Source of the DNA: a virus
IMG/VR virus record: IMGVR_UViG_3300020183_000046
Coordinates: 14,326 to 78,325 of that record
Strand: one strand, 5' to 3'
DNA: 64,000 bases
The notes under the pieces are model-generated. The model was not told the DNA's origin. It ran no database searches and worked only from the letters and a program-made list of their open reading frames with translations. Position 1 is the stretch's first letter. Every line of letters starts with the position of its first letter. The position numbers and the translations under genes were made by a program. Shown one piece after another: positions 58,883-64,000 of the stretch.

Positions 58883-61800
58883 CCTTGACCTTTGTGGTTG
58901 TATATCTACCAGTGAAAGATGTTGACGATGTTGCCGCACTTGATTTTGCGATGGAAATATTGACATTATTTCCAACAACTGTCACACTTGCATCCACAAG
59001 ATCATTACTAGAAGTTACTGAGTTGGTAATAGTTGCATATGCAGTAGTACCAGCTGCAGCACAAACTGTGGTTACTTCGAGCATGTGTACTTTACCATCA
59101 TTACTCTCAATTGTTACAAGTGTCTTAGCACCCTTATACGCTGTCTTATTGAACTGAACGATGGTTGCGTTTGCTCCGAAGGAAGAGAGTTGACCACCCT
59201 CTACTCTACAATCATTCAGTTCCATGAATGTAGCAGTGCTATCAAATACGGTCAGATATGACTCAGTGCCAGCATTCCAACCACGATTGATCTTCCACGC
59301 AGCTTCTGCGCCATTTGCATCAAGCGAAAGGAATGGTTTTGAATCGAGTTGAGTTATATAATCTTGTTGAAGAATATCAAGTCTGGTAAATGCAGGAGTT
59401 GTATTTGTAATAGTTGCAACTGGGAAAGTTACATCATTTGCTGGAGTAGTCCCACCGAGGAGAGAACCTGCAATTGTGATAATTTCACCTACCTCATAAT
59501 CGGATCCTGGAACAACAAGACTTACACTTAGAATAGATCCAGCACCATCAGTTATAACTGTGAATGTAGCTCCAGATCCTTCAAATTGGGAAGTTGATGT
59601 AACCGTAGATGTTTGCGATGGTGTATAAACACCAGCTCCAGAAGTTACTGTTCCGATAGTAGCAATTTCGCCCAGAACTGGAACCGACTTGAATCTAAGT
59701 CCATTTGTAATTTCTACGTCTTTTCTAGATCTTACTCTTAAAACTGATGATCCAAGTGTGCGGACATCCAAAGGATCAGATCCAAGAGAAACTCCGTCAA
59801 GAACTAAAGTTCCACTAGTCTCAAAAGTTCTTGCTGTATAAAGCTTGAATTTGTCTTGTACAATATCAAGACTATTGATGCCCTGATTGTAGAAGAAGAA
59901 TGTATCTTCATTACTTCCAGGGGAAAGCTCGGTAAGGATATATGTATCCTGGTTTACGTCACGGACTCCACCAAGAGAAACGAAGTCTTGTCCATTATAT
60001 CCTTCAAATTGTTGTTGTTGAGTGTTGAATCTAATACCACCTGTTTGTCGATCCCCAGATGTAGGTCTTTGGTTGGTATTACCAGAAGGAACAACGAACA
60101 TCGCTGTTGAATCAATCTTAACATTCTTACCAACTTGGGGTTTAATGACAATACCAGCACCTTCGATATCGGTTACTGTGATTGTCTTACCTGAACCAGA
60201 ACCAATTGTTGCAGAATTTAATGTGATAGTATCTCCTTCGTTATATCCAGCTCCGCCAGAATAAACAGAGATTGTTGTTATGTCTCCACCAGCAACAGTG
60301 ACGTTGAAAGTTGCATCAGATCCACTACCATTAGTTGTGGAAGTTACATTTGTGTATGTACCAGTGGTAAATCCAGTTCCAGTTCCAGTAGCTGTTACTG
60401 TGATAATTTGACCAAATGAAGTGGTAGCAGTTGTCCCAATATTTGAAATAATGTTATCTTCTAATTGTAAATTTGCATTTACCTTTAAATTTCCCTTAAT
60501 TGTAGTATTACCACTTTCAGTATCTACTCTGAATGTTTCTGAGGATCCATCGGTAATTAAGAAATCTTTATTCAGACCACCAGTTAATTGAAGATTTCCT
60601 TCCCCTAAAGGAATAAGAGTTATATCTACATCTTGATTTGATCCAATAGCTTCAATTGATGCAGCATTAGTAATTCTAAGACCACTTGTAAATGTTCCAA
60701 TATCTACTGATTCTCCAATAGAATCTACTTTAAAAAATGGACTTACGGTTGCAAAAGAAGAATCAACAATTAAATCGTTTATTGTTCTAAGTTCAGTTGA
60801 ACTTAAAGAGAGAGATTTTGTACCAGAGATAGAAAATCCTAGAACATCACTCGAATCTCTATACAAACCAGTTGTAAGAGAGTTTTCAAATTTTAAAGAT
60901 GGAGACGCTGCAGATCCATTTTGAAGATCAATAAGTGCATTATTGATCTGATTGTTGGAACCATTCGCAGTAAGATTATTACTTAATGTTGTAGTTCCAT
61001 TTACTGTTAAACTTCCAGTAATTGAAGCAGTTGATAAAATATTTAAAGATCCACTTGCGGTTATATTTCCAGTTGTTGTAAGACCAGAAGTTCCCAAAGA
61101 AGAACTATTTGATCCAGATGAAGTTGTAAAAGTACCAGACGCTGAAATATTGTAAATATCTGATACTATTGCTCCATCATTTTTCAATTCAATAATTGAT
61201 TCAGTATTAACTGTATTTGCTAATAGGGATAAATTTGATCCTGATCCTAATCCAGCAAAATTCTGTGGATCAAACAATATTGTTTGATTTGGGTAGAATG
61301 TATTACCGCCACTAGTAACTACTGCGGAACTTACATATCCAACCTCAGTAACTGTAAACTGGAATCCAGCTCCGCCACCAGATCCAACATTAGAGTCTGA
61401 AACAGATAATATGTCTGCAACTGTATATCCCGATCCAGCCGATTGAATATTCGTTACTTGACTAATACCAGTATCATTACCATCAATAGTATAAGAGAAT
61501 CCACTTCCTCCCCCTATCAATCCATTCGGTACAGAAACAACATCTCCAGCTTTGTATCCAGATCCCTGTGTTGCAAAACTAACACTACTTACGGAACCAG
61601 CAGAAGCGGTGACATTAATTTGTCCACCACTTCCATACGATCCAACAGTTCCAGAAATAATGTCAATATATGCATCTTCCGACATGCTTCTTCCATGAAC
61701 TGTGCATGTATAAAATACAGTATTTGAAGAAGTAGCAGCGGTTGGTTTGATTATTATATCGACAAATGCACCTGAACTTCCAGCTGCCCCAACAGTCTTG

Positions 61801-63998
61801 ACTACAAAATTCGGATCAGTAGACGTAGTGCTATCTAAAACAAATGGATGATTAGATACGGTTGGACTTGACAAATCGAAACGATATGTATTTCCTTTTA
61901 TGAGGGTAAGATCTGGAGATTCTTGCCCATTAATAAAATATCTATTGGGTGATATTGGGGTAACCTGCAAAGTTCCAGATCCACCACTAGTGAATGTAAC
62001 TATATTACCTTGACTAAATGTTCCTCCAGATATTGTTGCTGGATCAACAAATGCAAAGTTAGACCCAACATAGGTTACTGTTGCAGTAACTCCAGAACCA
62101 TTATTTGCAGTATCACCAACATTAATTGTTCCAGTAATTCCAGAACCAGACATATCAAGTTTCGTTCTTGGTGCAACCGTTACTGTATATGTTGTTGTTG
62201 GAGTGTTGAATAAGTCAATTTGTTGATATGTCCCATTTGTATATCCACTTCCAGCATTAGTTATAGTTCCAAAGAAACCACGAACAAAGAAAGTTGCTAT
62301 TGCTCCACTTCCAGTTCCACCAGTAAACGCTACTGCTGGATATGTACCAGCTCTATATCCAGATCCATTTGAAAGAATATTACCAGCGACAGGCAATACC
62401 GTAATAGAGGCTTGAGCATCTGATCCAGCTCCACCAACAATTGATACTGTTGGTGCTGTTAAATAACCAGATCCAGGAGAAGTTAAAGTTATTTCCGAGA
62501 TAGACCCAGTTTCAATATCTAAGGTTGCATCAGCAACAGCATCTATGTCTGGATTTCCAGAAAACGTAACAAATGGAACTTTTGAATAACCATAACCATT
62601 ATAATTTAAAGTTATAGTATTCAGTTCATATTTTAGTGCATCTACTGTAGCTGCAGCTCCAGTTCCAGAGTCGAGTGCTTGTGGTGTGATTATCAGAGTT
62701 GGCACTGAAGAAAATTCTCCAGCTCCAGAAGTATTAATTTCTCTAATTTCACTACCAATATTAACTGTGAATGATCCTGGAGATGCTGGAGTTTCACTTA
62801 AGGTAATGTTGATTGGAATACCAACGATATAACCAGTTCCAGGATTATTGATTGTAAAGCTAGTAATACTTCCACCACTTACATTTGGAGTAATTAATGC
62901 AGTAGTACCTCTTATATAATGTTGTTCTTGTGTTAGTGGAGGTGTTAAAGTTATAACAGGACCCCCAGGAGAGCCTGATAACTGAATCGTATCATTATCA
63001 AGATCTCTATTTCTTACATAATAAGTATTTCCACTAGTCAATCCACCAATACTTGAATTGCCATTTGAATCATAAATTACTGCATCGTTATTTTTGAAAT
63101 GTACAATTGTTAAATCTATTGTGTTTCCAGTAATTAAACTTGCATCAAATATATTATTTGGTGGATCTGGAACAGTGGCGGTTGGACTAACATATCCAGA
63201 TCCTCCACTGGAAATTCCAATAACTCCAATTCCTCCTCCAGATCCTCTTACTACAGAAAATGAAACCGATCCAGATACAGGTGCTTGTAAAGTTGTTACT
63301 GTTGGAGATAGTGTATAAAGTGATCCAGGGTTTGTGATTGTTATTGTGGAGATTAATCCAGTACTCTTTAAAGTTGCAGTTGCAGTTGCGGGAGAATCTG
63401 GATTTGATAATATAGCTGCGCTATAAATTCCTGGAGTATATCCAGTTCCAGCATCAGCAATAGTTATAGTATCTAATGACTTTTTATTAACTCCAATATT
63501 TTTATTTGAAAAATATCCATAAGAGGAAACACCAACTTGAACATTATTTCCAAGATAGAAATTAGTTTGTCCTACTGCTGATTTGCCAAGTGAAAAGACT
63601 TTGCCAGAATCAAAGAAAATTTTCTCTGGCGAGATAACCTCAGCATTCAAAACAATATCTTCATCCGCTGATGGATCAAGAATAATTTGACCACTGTTGG
63701 AGCTTAGGGTATTGCCAGAAAGTCTGAGGTTGCCAGTTTCAATATAAGCTGGATATAAATTAGTTGTACCAGTTCCATCTGACAGAGTAATATTTGCGGC
63801 GCTCTGAGCATTCTGTGTAACTGCCGAGAAGGTAACATTACCAAGCTCTTGATCTACAAGGAATAAATCACCTACTCTGAAGTTACCAGATTGGTCCTGA
63901 GAAGTATAGTAAACCCTACCACCGTTTAACTCATTAACTTCATTAGATTGTACAACACCAGCAGTATTATTGGTAATATCTGATCCAGTTCCAATATA
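58878..63998 (-). CDS. Giant baseplate/tail structural protein, 5'-truncated by the window edge
   Basis: Frame stays open from 63650 to the edge (YIGTG...GRVYYTSQDQSGNFRVGDLF); many ITN.GSGY repeats; GGIRFNT...FEGY.G motif; cupredoxin-like module. Confidence 0.85.
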   Translation of the reverse strand, partial: YIGTGSDITNNTAGVVQSNEVNELNGGRVYYTSQDQSGNFRVGDLFLVDQELGNVTFSAVTQNAQSAANITLSDGTGTTNLYPAYIETGNLRLSGNTLSSNSGQIILDPSADEDIVLNAEVISPEKIFFDSGKVFSLGKSAVGQTNFYLGNNVQVGVSSYGYFSNKNIGVNKKSLDTITIADAGTGYTPGIYSAAILSNPDSPATATATLKSTGLISTITITNPGSLYTLSPTVTTLQAPVSGSVSFSVVRGSGGGIGVIGISSGGSGYVSPTATVPDPPNNIFDASLITGNTIDLTIVHFKNNDAVIYDSNGNSSIGGLTSGNTYYVRNRDLDNDTIQLSGSPGGPVITLTPPLTQEQHYIRGTTALITPNVSGGSITSFTINNPGTGYIVGIPINITLSETPASPGSFTVNIGSEIREINTSGAGEFSSVPTLIITPQALDSGTGAAATVDALKYELNTITLNYNGYGYSKVPFVTFSGNPDIDAVADATLDIETGSISEITLTSPGSGYLTAPTVSIVGGAGSDAQASITVLPVAGNILSNGSGYRAGTYPAVAFTGGTGSGAIATFFVRGFFGTITNAGSGYTNGTYQQIDLFNTPTTTYTVTVAPRTKLDMSGSGITGTINVGDTANNGSGVTATVTYVGSNFAFVDPATISGGTFSQGNIVTFTSGGSGTLQVTPISPNRYFINGQESPDLTLIKGNTYRFDLSSPTVSNHPFVLDSTTSTDPNFVVKTVGAAGSSGAFVDIIIKPTAATSSNTVFYTCTVHGRSMSEDAYIDIISGTVGSYGSGGQINVTASAGSVSSVSFATQGSGYKAGDVVSVPNGLIGGGSGFSYTIDGNDTGISQVTNIQSAGSGYTVADILSVSDSNVGSGGGAGFQFTVTEVGYVSSAVVTSGGNTFYPNQTILFDPQNFAGLGSGSNLSLLANTVNTESIIELKNDGAIVSDIYNISASGTFTTSSGSNSSSLGTSGLTTTGNITASGSLNILSTASITGSLTVNGTTTLSNNLTANGSNNQINNALIDLQNGSAASPSLKFENSLTTGLYRDSSDVLGFSISGTKSLSLSSTELRTINDLIVDSSFATVSPFFKVDSIGESVDIGTFTSGLRITNAASIEAIGSNQDVDITLIPLGEGNLQLTGGLNKDFLITDGSSETFRVDTESGNTTIKGNLKVNANLQLEDNIISNIGTTATTSFGQIITVTATGTGTGFTTGTYTNVTSTTNGSGSDATFNVTVAGGDITTISVYSGGAGYNEGDTITLNSATIGSGSGKTITVTDIEGAGIVIKPQVGKNVKIDSTAMFVVPSGNTNQRPTSGDRQTGGIRFNTQQQQFEGYNGQDFVSLGGVRDVNQDTYILTELSPGSNEDTFFFYNQGINSLDIVQDKFKLYTARTFETSGTLVLDGVSLGSDPLDVRTLGSSVLRVRSRKDVEITNGLRFKSVPVLGEIATIGTVTSGAGVYTPSQTSTVTSTSQFEGSGATFTVITDGAGSILSVSLVVPGSDYEVGEIITIAGSLLGGTTPANDVTFPVATITNTTPAFTRLDILQQDYITQLDSKPFLSLDANGAEAAWKINRGWNAGTESYLTVFDSTATFMELNDCRVEGGQLSSFGANATIVQFNKTAYKGAKTLVTIESNDGKVHMLEVTTVCAAAGTTAYATITNSVTSSNDLVDASVTVVGNNVNISIAKSSAATSSTSFTGRYTTTKVKV

Positions 63999-64000
63999 TT

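Noticed and set aside
63648-63650. TTG start given for the 1590-aa protein
   Set aside because: The frame remains open to the window edge, so the true start is outside the window.

Overview
This is a 64-kb segment of a T4-like cyanophage (cyanomyovirus, Kyanoviridae-like), with essentially all genes on the minus strand. Read in transcription direction (right to left), it starts with two giant tail/baseplate proteins, one truncated by the window edge and one of 3174 aa, followed by small tail-tip proteins. Next is an AT-rich cassette (beta-propeller, two helical proteins, a U32 Fe-S/SAM-methyltransferase fusion and a 2OG-Fe(II) oxygenase) and a 1690-aa subtilisin/Ig-repeat protein. Then come the canonical neck-terminase-tail-head block (gp13-gp23, gp3), uvsY-uvsW-gp55, gp47-gp46, a CobT-like vWA / DenV-like / SpeD / CobS / PebS block, gp45-gp44-(2OG oxygenase, Dam)-gp62-regA-hsp20, three Sm-like genes, gp43 and the start of uvsX. 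I found no tRNA, rRNA, CRISPR, intron or intein. Main candidates for new biology: (1) two nested helical domains in the 3174-aa tail protein that resemble phycocyanin/phycoerythrin beta subunits and keep both bilin-attachment Cys positions, in a phage that encodes the phycoerythrobilin synthase PebS, raising the possibility of a chromophore-bearing virion; (2) the tail-linked U32-methyltransferase/oxygenase cassette; (3) a probably virion-associated subtilisin with a copper-site-like module; (4) an RNA-regulatory cluster (small structured RNA, ROSE-like thermometer, RegA, tandem Sm-like proteins). All family calls come from motif recognition by eye and were not checked by database search.
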